DNA of 64,000 nucleotides from Alphaproteobacteria bacterium (GTDB lineage Bacteria; Pseudomonadota; Alphaproteobacteria; GM7ARS4; G965262615): NCBI GenBank assembly GCA_965262615.1, contig OZ253545.1, positions 992,001 to 1,056,000 of the forward strand, read 5' to 3'. Shown piece by piece: positions 54,457 to 64,000 of this stretch (position 1 is its first letter; each line of letters starts with the position of its first letter). The notes under the pieces were generated by a model. It saw only the letters and a program-made list of their open reading frames with translations, ran no database searches and was not told where the DNA came from. The position numbers and the translations under genes were made by a program.

Positions 54457-55753
54457 TTCGCCATCGTTATCCGAAGAGGCTTTGTTCCCTGTCGCCTCGC
54501 CGCCACTGGCTGAATTGTTGCGTCCCAAAACTTTGGATGATGTGTTGGGTCAGGATCATGTGTTGGCGACAGGGGGATTTTTGCATGATAGTGTCAGTCA
54601 AGACTATTTGCCATCCTTGATTTTTTGGGGACCTTCGGGGTGTGGCAAGACCACATTGGCGAGTCTATTGGCTCAGCGGGTGAAGCGTCCGTTTGTGGCA
54701 CTGTCGGCGGTGATGACGGGGGTGACGGAGCTCAAAAAGATTTTTGCCCGCGCTGAACAAGAGCGCGCGAGTGGGCAGTCATTGGTGCTGTTTATTGACG
54801 AGATTCACCGATTTCACAAAGGACAGCAGGATGCTTTTTTGCCTCATTTGGAGAAGGGGACATTCACGCTGCTCGGCGCGACAACCGAGAATCCATCGTT
54901 TGAACTGAACAATGCGTTGCTGTCACGCTGTCAGGTGGTGACTTTACGCACACTGGATGATTCATCCTTGCATGAATTGTTGCGGCGCGCGGAGGCTCAT
55001 GAGGGTTCGCCTCTGCCGCTGACGGATGAGGCGCGAGATGCTTTGGTGTCTATGGCATCCGGTGACGGGCGTTATTTGCTCAACATGGCAGAGAGTGTAT
55101 GGCGGGGGTCTCCGACGGAGTTGTTGGATGAAGAATCTTTGAGTTCTTGGCTCAATCGCCGTGCGTCTTTGGGGGATCGGCGAGGGGATGGTCATTACAA
55201 TGTGGCGAGTGCGTTGCATAAATCACTGCGTGCCTCTGATGCTGATGGCGCATTGTATTGGTTGGCGCGCGCCATTGAGGCGGGGGAATCTCATGATTTT
55301 ATTGCGCGCCGTTTGGTTCGTTTTGCCTCTGAGGATGTGGGTTTGGCTGACCCACAGGCACTGCCTCAGGCTTTGGCGGCGTGGGAGGCGTGGCATCGTT
55401 TGGGTGTTCCTGAGGGTGAGTTGGCGTTGGCACAGGCGGTGCTTTATTTGAGCACGGCGGCGAAATCCAATGCGTGCTATCGGGCATGGCAGGGAGCACA
55501 AAAAAGCGCGGCGCAAACGCATCATTTGCCGCCGCCTCGTCATATTCTCAACGCTCCCACACAGCTCATGAAAAAAGAGGGATATGGCGATGGATATGTC
55601 TATGATCATGATACGGAACACGCCTTTGCGGGGCATAATTGCTTTCCTCATGATATGAAACGACAGGGCTTTTATCATCCCACGGCGCGCGGCTATGAGA
55701 GGGATGTGGCAAAGCGTCTGGCGTGGTGGGAGAAAAGACGACACGGCTCATGA
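54431..55753 (+). CDS. rarA: Replication-associated recombination protein A (MgsA)
   Basis: [33 protein letters not shown]; start uncertain. Confidence 0.94.
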
Positions 55754-56682
55754 CTGTTCACGAACGCTACATTGTTCGCCAAGATGAGGATGGCAGTCGC
55801 TTGGATCGCATGATTCGGCGGCGCAATGAACAGCTGCCTTGGCATCGCATTCAACACATGTTGCGGCGGCGCATTGTGTGGGTGGATGGCATGGGGAGCT
55901 CTGGCGATACGCGCGTGCATTCAGGACAGGTGGTGACCATTGGGGCGAAAATTCATACGCCCTCCGTTTCACAGCAAGAGCCTCTGATGGCAGCCGACAA
56001 AGCTCGTGAACTATTGCATGGCATGATTGTGCATGAGGATGACCGTATTCTGGTTCTCAATAAGCCGCAAGGGATGGCGGTGCAGGGCGGCAGTGGTGTG
56101 GGACGGCATCATCTGGCTCATTTATTGCAAGCTGCCTATGGCGATGAGGTTCGCTTGGTGCATCGTCTGGATCAAAAAGTGAGTGGGGTTTTGTTGGTGG
56201 CGCGTGATGCCATGATGGCGCGCAATCTCACATCACTGTTTCGCAATCGGTTGATGTTTAAGGTGTATTGGGGAATCACCACGGCTCCGCCGCCTCGTGA
56301 GCATGGACACATGAATCAGGCGGTGGGTAAGAAATTACTCAAAGCTCATACGGTGTATCGCTTGTTGGCAAATTTGGGAGATGACCGCTATGTGATTGCC
56401 TTTTGTCCTGTGACGGGACGCAAACATCAGATTCGCTTTCATGCGGCGGCGGAGGGCATGCCTCTGTTGGGAGATGGTTATTATGGCGGGCAGCGTCATG
56501 GCTCATTGCAACTGCATGGACGCATGGTTGCGTGGCGAGATGAAAACGACACGCGCCATCGCTTTGTTGCCCCATTGCCGCCCGTGATGACATCACTGCT
56601 GCACGGCGTTGCCATGGAGAGTCATGACATCACCCCGTGGGAGGAGCAGCATTATGAGCGGCTGCAAGCTCAAACTCGTTGA
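55750..56682 (+). CDS. RluA-family (RluC-like) pseudouridine synthase
   Basis: S4-like N-terminus, VHRLD, TGRKHQIR. Confidence 0.92.
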   Translation: MTVHERYIVRQDEDGSRLDRMIRRRNEQLPWHRIQHMLRRRIVWVDGMGSSGDTRVHSGQVVTIGAKIHTPSVSQQEPLMAADKARELLHGMIVHEDDRILVLNKPQGMAVQGGSGVGRHHLAHLLQAAYGDEVRLVHRLDQKVSGVLLVARDAMMARNLTSLFRNRLMFKVYWGITTAPPPREHGHMNQAVGKKLLKAHTVYRLLANLGDDRYVIAFCPVTGRKHQIRFHAAAEGMPLLGDGYYGGQRHGSLQLHGRMVAWRDENDTRHRFVAPLPPVMTSLLHGVAMESHDITPWEEQHYERLQAQTR

Positions 56683-57298
56683 TGCGGGCTACGCCATTGT
56701 GAATGACGCTGGAGAGTTGTGGCACACGCCTAACGACAATTCCATGATTGTGCCCACGCAATCGCTGGCACGGCGGATTTGTGATGAACACGGCGCGACC
56801 AACAAACCCATGACCGCCTTGACCATGAGCGCATGGGATTATTGTCATGACGAGAGGACGCGCGTCATGGATGAGATGGCATATTTTTTGCAGCATGATG
56901 ATGTGTGTTATGGCGAGCCCCAACGATTGTCTGACACCGCTTTCTGCCGCCAGTGGATTAAGGATGCTCATGATATTCATGTGGGGGTGTCCAATGGTGT
57001 GATGCCCATTGTTCAGGATGAGTCGGTTGTGGCTCGTGGGGTGGGGTCTTTGCAATCGCTCAATCATTTTTCACTGGCGGCGTTTTGTCATTTGTGTCGT
57101 TTGTCTCATTCTTTTGTGCTGGGACTGGCATCGGTGATGGGTGTGCTCTCGTGTGAGGAATTGTGTGCGTTGATTCTTGCCGATGACCGAGACCAATTGG
57201 CGCGCTGGGGTGACGATGAAGAATTGCGCGCCCGCTGTGAGCAGATCAGCCAAGAGGCGCGTCATGGCTTTGACTTTGTCGCTTTGCTATCATCTTGA
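56654..57298 (+). CDS. ATP12-family F1-ATPase assembly chaperone (divergent)
   Basis: HTP...LA..I..E, PMT, Q...WGDDEE; conserved position after rluA. Confidence 0.75.
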   Translation: MSGCKLKLVDAGYAIVNDAGELWHTPNDNSMIVPTQSLARRICDEHGATNKPMTALTMSAWDYCHDERTRVMDEMAYFLQHDDVCYGEPQRLSDTAFCRQWIKDAHDIHVGVSNGVMPIVQDESVVARGVGSLQSLNHFSLAAFCHLCRLSHSFVLGLASVMGVLSCEELCALILADDRDQLARWGDDEELRARCEQISQEARHGFDFVALLSS

Positions 57299-57318
57299 AG
57301 AAATGATGAACACCCGCT

Positions 57319-58863
57319 ATGGTGCGAGGGATGGAGGAAATACTCGCACGCCTTGAGGAAAAAAGACGGCTGGCTCGTTTGGGCGGCGGTGAGCAACGCA
57401 TCGCTCGCCAACATAAAAAAGGAAAACTCACCGCACGAGAGCGCATTGATGTCTTGCTGGATGAGAACTCATTTGAAGAATGGGACATGTTTGTGGAGCA
57501 TCGCTGTCGCGAATTTGGCATGGATGAACAATCCATTCCGGGCGATGGGGTGGTCATCGGCTACGGCTTGATCAATGGACGATTGGTTTTTGTCTTTAGT
57601 CAGGATTTCACGGTGTTCGGCGGCTCGCTCTCGGAGTCCCATGCAGAGAAAATTGCCAAAGTGATGGATAAAGCCATTCAGGTGGGCGCACCGGTGATTG
57701 GCATCAATGATTCGGGCGGCGCGCGTATTCAAGAGGGCGTGGCGTCCTTGGCGGGCTATGCCGAAGTCTTTCAGCGCAATGTCATGGCATCGGGGGTCGT
57801 GCCGCAGATCTCTCTCATCATGGGGCCCTGTGCGGGCGGCGCGGTGTATTCGCCTGCCATGACCGATTTTATTTTTATGGTGCGAGACACATCCTACATG
57901 TTTGTCACGGGGCCCGATGTGGTGAAGACCGTGACGCACGAGGATGTCACTCATGAGGAGCTGGGCGGCGCATTGACGCACACCGCCACATCCGGTGTCG
58001 CCGATGCTGCCTTTGATAATGATGTGGAGGCATTGCTGGCGGTGCGGCGGTTTTGTGATTTTCTGCCGTCATGCAATCAAAAACAGCCGCCGCGGCGGCA
58101 TAATCATGATGAGGTGAATCGTCTGGATGCCTCACTGGATCGTCTCATTCCCGACAATCCCAACAAGCCCTACGACATGCAGGAATTGATTGATAAGGTC
58201 GTGGATTCCAATGATTTTTTTCCCCTTCAGCCGGACTATGCCGCCAACATCATCACGGGCTTTGCGCGCATGGATGGTGCGGTGGTGGGAATTGTTGCCA
58301 ATCAGCCGATGGTGCTGGCGGGATGTCTCAACATTGAGGCATCACGCAAAGCCGCTCGTTTTGTCCGCTTTTGTGATTGCTTTAACATTCCCATCGTCAC
58401 TTTTGTGGATGTCCCCGGTTTTTTGCCCGGCGTGGCGCAAGAGCACGGTGGCATCATCAAGCATGGGGCAAAACTGCTGTTTGCCTATTGTGAAGCCACC
58501 GTTCCCAAAGTGACGGTCATCACCCGCAAAGCTTATGGCGGTGCGTATGATGTGATGAGCTCCAAGCATTTGCGTGGTGATGTCAGTTTCGCATGGCCCA
58601 CGGCAGAAATCGCCGTGATGGGGCCCCAAGGCGCGGTGGAAATCATTTTCAGAGACGAGCTGCACGACAAGGAGAAAATCAAACAGCGAGCCGATTATTA
58701 CCGAGAACGATTTGCCAATCCATTTATTGCCGGCGGGCGAGGATTCATTGATGATGTCATTCGCCCCAGTCATACCCGTGTGCGTTTGTGTCGTGCTTTG
58801 GCGATGTTGCGTGATAAAAAACTGAGCAATCCGTGGAAAAAACACGCCAATATACCCTTGTGA
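57319..58863 (+). CDS. pccB: Propionyl-CoA carboxylase beta subunit
   Basis: [27 protein letters not shown]. Confidence 0.93.
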   Translation: MVRGMEEILARLEEKRRLARLGGGEQRIARQHKKGKLTARERIDVLLDENSFEEWDMFVEHRCREFGMDEQSIPGDGVVIGYGLINGRLVFVFSQDFTVFGGSLSESHAEKIAKVMDKAIQVGAPVIGINDSGGARIQEGVASLAGYAEVFQRNVMASGVVPQISLIMGPCAGGAVYSPAMTDFIFMVRDTSYMFVTGPDVVKTVTHEDVTHEELGGALTHTATSGVADAAFDNDVEALLAVRRFCDFLPSCNQKQPPRRHNHDEVNRLDASLDRLIPDNPNKPYDMQELIDKVVDSNDFFPLQPDYAANIITGFARMDGAVVGIVANQPMVLAGCLNIEASRKAARFVRFCDCFNIPIVTFVDVPGFLPGVAQEHGGIIKHGAKLLFAYCEATVPKVTVITRKAYGGAYDVMSSKHLRGDVSFAWPTAEIAVMGPQGAVEIIFRDELHDKEKIKQRADYYRERFANPFIAGGRGFIDDVIRPSHTRVRLCRALAMLRDKKLSNPWKKHANIPL

Positions 58864-58900
58864 GACTTTTGTGAGACTTTTGTGAGAACGCGGGTGCTTT

Positions 58901-60928
58901 ATGTTTAAGAAAATTCTCATTGCCAACAGAGGCGAGATTGCCTGTCGTGTGATTGCGTCAGCCAAGCAAATGGGCATCAAGACGGTGGCAGTTTATTCGG
59001 ATGCCGACCGTGATGCGCTCCATGTGCGTCTTGCCGATGAGTCCTATTCTCTGGGCGGCATGAGTGCCAGTGAAAGCTATTTGCGCGGCGATGCCATCAT
59101 TGCCGCCATGAAGGCGCATGATGCCGAAGCGGTGCATCCTGGATACGGCTTTTTATCGGAAAATGCCGATTTTGCCACTGCGGTGGCAAAGGCGGGATTC
59201 AGCTTTATTGGACCTCCTCCGCAAGCCATTGCGGTGATGGGCGATAAGATTGAATCCAAAATGCTGGCACAGAAGGCGGGTGTGAACATCATTGCGGGCA
59301 GTGAGGGTGCGATTGCCGATGTGAATGAGGCGCGCGCCTTTGCTCAAAAAATCGGCTATCCCATCATGGTGAAAGCATCGGCGGGCGGCGGCGGCAAGGG
59401 GATGCGAGTCGTGGAAAAAGAAAGTGAGATTGCCGATGCATTTCGGCTCGCCATGAGTGAAGCCAAAGCCAGTTTTGGGGATGAGCGTGTGTTTATTGAA
59501 AAGCTCATCACTTCGCCTCGTCATATTGAAATTCAGGTTTTGGCTGATTCTCACGGTCATGTCATTTATTTGGGTGAGCGTGATTGTTCGGTGCAGCGTC
59601 GTCATCAAAAAGTCATTGAGGAAGCTCCCAGTCCTTTTGTGGATGAGGATATGCGTCGGCGCATGGGAGAACAGGCGGTGGCGTTGGCAAAAAAAGTCGG
59701 CTATGTGTCGGCGGGAACGGTGGAATTTGTCGCTGGTGGCGATGGCAGTTTTTACTTTTTAGAAATGAACACCCGCTTGCAAGTGGAGCATCCTGTGACT
59801 GAATTGGTCACGGGATTGGATCTTGTGGAGTGGATGATTAAAATCGCTGCGGGAGAAAAACTCACCATTGAGCAAAGCGATGTCACCATTGACGGCTGGG
59901 CAATGGAGGCGCGCATTTATGCCGAAGACCCCGCGCGCGGGTTTCTGCCGTCAACGGGACGCTTGGTGCGCCATGCGCCACCGCCCGCAACCCAAGAGAG
60001 TGACCACATCATTCGCTTGGACACCGGCGTGGAAGAAGGCTCGGACATTTCCATCTATTATGACCCCATGATTGCCAAGTTGTGTGCGTGGTCACCTCAT
60101 CGCACCACCACCATTGAGGCATTGCGTCATGCACTGGATCAGTATGACATCAAAGGGGTGGCTCACAATGGATATTTTCTCAGCGACTTATTGCTCAATG
60201 AGGAATTTTGCAAAACGGGCGTGACCACTCAGTTCATTGGCAATTATTATCCCGAAGGCTATGGAGCATCGTTGCGTGTGGCGTTGTCTGAGACGATTTT
60301 TCCTTTGGCGGCGGCGTATATGCGTCAGATGATGCATCAGTTGGAGCGCACCATTGAAGACCAATTAGAGAGTGAGGGGCATGAGCAGACAGCCTTTCGT
60401 GAGAAAGTGTGGGTGGTGGTCATGGGACAAGAACAGATTCCCGTGACTCTCGCGTTTGAGGAAACACTGGGGCATGATTGCGTCATGGAGCTGGCGGAAC
60501 GCAAGCATGAGTTTCATGCGGCATGGCGTCCTCATGAGCGATTGCTGGCGTGTCGTGTGGATGGGGTCTGGCATTATGTCCAATTAGAGATGGGACACGG
60601 TTTTTATCAATTGACGCACGCGGGACAAATGGCATCTGTGCTGGTGCTGGAATCTCGGGTGGCGGATTATTACCGCTTGATGCCGGAGAAGAAAGTGGTG
60701 GATTTGTCGCGCTTTTTACTGTCTCCCATGCCCGGCTTGCTGGTGTCGGTGGCGGTGCACGAGGGCGATGCCGTGCGGCAGGGTCAGGAACTTGCCGTAA
60801 TTGAAGCCATGAAGATGGAAAACATTTTGCGAGCCGATAAGGATGCGGTGGTTCAATCCATTGATGCCACCCAAGGCGACAGTTTGGCGGTGGATCAGGT
60901 CATCATGACTTTTGCCGATTCATCATGA
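58901..60928 (+). CDS. pccA: Propionyl-CoA carboxylase alpha subunit (biotin carboxylase plus carrier)
   Basis: ANRGEIA, EMNTRLQVEH, EAMKM. Confidence 0.93.
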   Translation: MFKKILIANRGEIACRVIASAKQMGIKTVAVYSDADRDALHVRLADESYSLGGMSASESYLRGDAIIAAMKAHDAEAVHPGYGFLSENADFATAVAKAGFSFIGPPPQAIAVMGDKIESKMLAQKAGVNIIAGSEGAIADVNEARAFAQKIGYPIMVKASAGGGGKGMRVVEKESEIADAFRLAMSEAKASFGDERVFIEKLITSPRHIEIQVLADSHGHVIYLGERDCSVQRRHQKVIEEAPSPFVDEDMRRRMGEQAVALAKKVGYVSAGTVEFVAGGDGSFYFLEMNTRLQVEHPVTELVTGLDLVEWMIKIAAGEKLTIEQSDVTIDGWAMEARIYAEDPARGFLPSTGRLVRHAPPPATQESDHIIRLDTGVEEGSDISIYYDPMIAKLCAWSPHRTTTIEALRHALDQYDIKGVAHNGYFLSDLLLNEEFCKTGVTTQFIGNYYPEGYGASLRVALSETIFPLAAAYMRQMMHQLERTIEDQLESEGHEQTAFREKVWVVVMGQEQIPVTLAFEETLGHDCVMELAERKHEFHAAWRPHERLLACRVDGVWHYVQLEMGHGFYQLTHAGQMASVLVLESRVADYYRLMPEKKVVDLSRFLLSPMPGLLVSVAVHEGDAVRQGQELAVIEAMKMENILRADKDAVVQSIDATQGDSLAVDQVIMTFADSS

Positions 60929-61209
60929 TGACCGGCTATTATGTGATTGGCGGCAGAGTGCAGGGAGTCGGCTTTCGTGATTTTGTGGAACGCACCGTTG
61001 CGCCCCATGAATTGAATGGCTGGGTTCGCAATTGTCATGACGGCTCGGTGCAATTGTGTTTGCAGGCGGAGGCATCGTTGCACCAATCTTTATTGGCGCG
61101 CATCAAACAGGGCAACAGGTGGAGTCGTGTGGATTCTCTTGAGCCTCATGCTGACCCATCGTCATTGCCCGCTCCGTGTGAGCCCTTTTGTCGTTTGCCC
61201 AACAGTTAG
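60925..61209 (+). CDS. acyP: Acylphosphatase
   Basis: GRVQGVGFR, GWVRN. Confidence 0.92.
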   Translation: MMTGYYVIGGRVQGVGFRDFVERTVAPHELNGWVRNCHDGSVQLCLQAEASLHQSLLARIKQGNRWSRVDSLEPHADPSSLPAPCEPFCRLPNS

Positions 61210-61211
61210 AA

Positions 61212-61865
61212 TTAGATTATAATAACGAATGGCAGAAGTCCCCATAAAAATAAGAAGGGCGGCAGGGTGATGATAAAGGTGAGAATAAGACTGCTGATGG
61301 CTTTATCTTTGGAGAGATTTTGCACATGAGCAAGACACAAGGCGACCATATCAAATCCTTTGGCAGCCCAGGCAAGAGTCCAGAGCAGTAAGGTGAGAAG
61401 CAGAAAGCCAAACATCACATCATTAAAACCGTCACCATTGATATTGCCACTCACCCAGAAAACAAAAGTGATGATGAGGGCAAGCAGAAAAATCCATCCA
61501 TGAAAAACACCCAGTGACCACGCAAGGGCGATTTTGACATGGTGTTTGTCACTGGTGGCGGTGCTGGAGCCGCGAATAAAAGACAATTCACTCACCCATG
61601 CCGCCACCGCCGTGCTCACATGAATAAAAATCACCCCCAGCAGACTGCCCAGCAACAACAGGATGGGAAATTTAATGAGCGGCTGTCCCATGACATCTTT
61701 TTCAAGGTCAGGCAAAGAAATGCCAGCGGCATAGAGAACACTCACCACCACAATGCCAATCATGGAACACAGCAGCATAAAAATGACGGCGGACTGCTTT
61801 TGTTTGGTCACATTATCCATGACATCGTCAGGATGTGACCAAATATGAATCCAAGGATTAATCAT
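61212..61865 (-). CDS. Multi-TM membrane protein, Yip1-like
   Basis: NPWIHIWSHP start, ~5 hydrophobic segments. Confidence 0.6.
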   Translation of the reverse strand: MINPWIHIWSHPDDVMDNVTKQKQSAVIFMLLCSMIGIVVVSVLYAAGISLPDLEKDVMGQPLIKFPILLLLGSLLGVIFIHVSTAVAAWVSELSFIRGSSTATSDKHHVKIALAWSLGVFHGWIFLLALIITFVFWVSGNINGDGFNDVMFGFLLLTLLLWTLAWAAKGFDMVALCLAHVQNLSKDKAISSLILTFIITLPPFLFLWGLLPFVIII

Positions 61866-61903
61866 TCGTACAAGCATGGGACTGTGAGTATAAGCTACAG
61901 TTT

Positions 61904-62680
61904 TCACGGACGCAAGCGATACCCTGAAAGTAACATGCGCCAAACAATCCATACCGAGCCCCAACCGCTGACGGTAATGACAATCATTCCTGCGGTCATG
62001 CCCCCTTCGCTGTGCGTCAATAGTCCATAGCGGAAGCCATCAATGATGTAATAAAAAGGATTAAAGGTGACCACATCCTGCCAGTGGGCTGGCAGACGCG
62101 ATACCGAATAAAAAGTGCCAGCGAGAAATGTGAGTGGCGTGACGACAAAATTGTTGATGGATGCCATGTGGTCAAATTTTTCTGCCCAGATGGCGGCAAT
62201 CAGTCCCAAAGAGGTCATGAACAGACAGCCATGAAATCCATAAAATAATGCCAGAGCTGTGTTATTGAGCGATATTGGCACAAACAATTGAAAGGCAAGC
62301 CAGAGGATGATGCCAATCATGAGTCCTCGTGTCACGCCGCCGCACAGGTAGGCAAGGGTCAGTTCCCAAGCCGACAGGGGGGGCATCAGGACATCACCGA
62401 TGTTGCCCAGCAATTTACTGTGCAGCAAGGATGACGAACTATTGGCAAAGGCGTTTTGCATCATGGTCATGATGGTGAGACCCGCAGCGAGAAAGGCTTG
62501 ATAAGACACATCCCCCACCACTCGGGTGCTGCCATCAAAGGCAAGGGTGAAGATGGAGAAAAACAAAAACGCACTCACAAGCGGCGCAAGAACCGTCTGC
62601 AAGCCAACATTCAAAAAGCGTTGCACTTCCTTGACATAAAAACTCCACAAGCCAATCCAGTTGATATGAATTTTATTCAT
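61904..62680 (-). CDS. ABC-2 type transporter permease (YadH-like)
   Basis: QNAFANSSSS, PLTFLAGTFYS, NPFYYIIDGFRYG. Confidence 0.92.
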   Translation of the reverse strand: MNKIHINWIGLWSFYVKEVQRFLNVGLQTVLAPLVSAFLFFSIFTLAFDGSTRVVGDVSYQAFLAAGLTIMTMMQNAFANSSSSLLHSKLLGNIGDVLMPPLSAWELTLAYLCGGVTRGLMIGIILWLAFQLFVPISLNNTALALFYGFHGCLFMTSLGLIAAIWAEKFDHMASINNFVVTPLTFLAGTFYSVSRLPAHWQDVVTFNPFYYIIDGFRYGLLTHSEGGMTAGMIVITVSGWGSVWIVWRMLLSGYRLRP

Positions 62681-63153
62681 GATTTTTTTTTCGTCCATTG
62701 TGTGAGAAAGTGCTGCGTGGCGGTTTCAATCATGGTGAGGACGGTCTCAAAGCCGTCATGTGCGCCGTAGTAGGGATCGGGAACTTCATCCGTGCCATAG
62801 GAGGTGTCATAGGTCATGAGCAATTCAATGGGGACTTTGGCATCACATTGGTGGGCGATGTGTTGCAGGATTTTTTTATGCTCATGAGTCATGACAAGAA
62901 TATGATCTTGGTGGGTAAAATCACTTTCTTGAATTTGACGGGCTCGTAAGCTGGTCATGTCATAGCCTCTGTTGCTGGCGGTTTGGATGGCTCGGGCATC
63001 GGGCGGGTCACCCTGATGATAGTCGGAGATGGCGGCGGAATCCACTTCAATTGGATAATTGTTGCGTTTAATAATATGACGAGCCACCGCTTCGGCTGTG
63101 GGAGAGCGGCAAATATTTCCTGTACAAACAAAGAGAAGCTTTTGCAAAACCAA
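62677..63153 (-). CDS. Low-molecular-weight protein-tyrosine phosphatase
   Basis: VCTGNICRS, DPYYG. Confidence 0.95.
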   Translation of the reverse strand: MVLQKLLFVCTGNICRSPTAEAVARHIIKRNNYPIEVDSAAISDYHQGDPPDARAIQTASNRGYDMTSLRARQIQESDFTHQDHILVMTHEHKKILQHIAHQCDAKVPIELLMTYDTSYGTDEVPDPYYGAHDGFETVLTMIETATQHFLTQWTKKKS

Positions 63154-63212
63154 AAAGGATTCTTTATAGTGGCGGCGGGGGAATGCCGTTTGCGAATGAG
63201 CAGGAGAATATC

Positions 63213-63713
63213 ATGCGAAGAGTGGTTTTGTATAGTCTTTTGTGGATTTTGTCATTGTCTTCGGCGGTGGCGGAGCAGAAGCATCTGGGCAGCTTTGGCG
63301 ATTGGGATTCATGGCTGGATGTCACCAAGAGGGATCGTCTGTGTTATGTGGTGTCACAGCCCAGCAAGTCGGAAGGAAAATATAATAAGCGCGGTAAAAT
63401 TTACCTCATGGTGGCTCGCTGGGCTAAGACGGCGGAGCGCAATGAGGTCAGTTTTTTTGCCGGCTATGAGTTTAAGGAAAATGCCATCCCTACTTTGACG
63501 GTGGATGACAACAATGTGTTTTATCTGTTTGCTCAAGGAGAATGGTCGTGGGCGAAGGATCATGAAAAAGATGTTGAGTTGATTCGCCGCTTTATTAAGG
63601 GACGCCAAGCGGTGGTGCGGGGTGTTTCATGGCGCGGCACTGAAACGGTGGATTATTTTTCCTTGCGAGGCTTTACCTCTGCGTGGGCGGAAGTCAATAA
63701 AAATTGCCCCTGA
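63213..63713 (+). CDS. Invasion-associated locus B (IalB)-like periplasmic protein
   Basis: Signal peptide, FGDW, CYVVSQP, FSLRGFTSA...CP; upstream of rlmN. Confidence 0.8.
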   Translation: MRRVVLYSLLWILSLSSAVAEQKHLGSFGDWDSWLDVTKRDRLCYVVSQPSKSEGKYNKRGKIYLMVARWAKTAERNEVSFFAGYEFKENAIPTLTVDDNNVFYLFAQGEWSWAKDHEKDVELIRRFIKGRQAVVRGVSWRGTETVDYFSLRGFTSAWAEVNKNCP

Positions 63714-64000
63714 TGACATCTCTCATCGGCATGAGCAAAGAAGAGCTGACGGCGAGTCTTGCTGTCTTTGGGTGTCCGCCGTGGCGGGCGCGTCAATTGT
63801 GGCGGTGGATGTATGTGAAAGGCGCGCGTCACTTTGATGCCATGACCGATATTGCCAAGCCATTGCGTCAACAACTGGCACAGCACTATGTGCTGGCGCG
63901 TCCGCGGGTGACGGAACAGCTCAAGTCCGAAGATGGCACTCGCAAATGGCTCATTGCTTTTGAGGACGGCAGTGAGGTGGAGACGGTCTTTATTCCAGAG
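63713..64000 (+). CDS. rlmN: 23S rRNA m2A2503 methyltransferase, partial
   Basis: Manual translation: RARQLWRWMY...FDAMTDIAK...SEDGTRKWL...VETVFIPE. Confidence 0.9.
   Translation, partial: MTSLIGMSKEELTASLAVFGCPPWRARQLWRWMYVKGARHFDAMTDIAKPLRQQLAQHYVLARPRVTEQLKSEDGTRKWLIAFEDGSEVETVFIPE

Overview
Chromosomal window of an alphaproteobacterium, inferred from gene order (slt-dapA-smpB, rarA-rluA-ATP12, ialB-rlmN, no rpsD in the alpha operon). The large ankyrin load suggests a host-associated lifestyle, but that is inference. From about 21.7 to 64 kb it is core genome: tRNA-Tyr/Gly/Trp, two tuf copies, secE-nusG-rplKAJL-rpoBC, str/S10/spc/alpha operons, pccBA and others. The one clear intruder there is an ankyrin::RecD2/Dda-like helicase fusion between rpoC and rpsL. 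From about 2.5 to 21.4 kb is a visibly more AT-rich accessory region with 11 ankyrin-repeat genes in two arrays around an OFA-type MFS transporter, two coiled-coil membrane-anchored paralogs, a three-gene operon ending in a PAPS-reductase-like PP-loop enzyme, a decayed tRNA-Ser and an HNH-HIT fusion. The most striking signal is that the spacers of the secreted-ankyrin array are built from copied 3' tails of the two flanking core genes. smpB tails lie downstream of the ankyrin genes, with interlocked stop codons and synonymous recoding. MFS-transporter tails lie upstream and now carry the RBS and sigma70-like promoter. This points to an integrase-free, cassette-like expansion of a mosaic, DARPin-like protein library. 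No database searches were run. All calls come from motifs read by eye.
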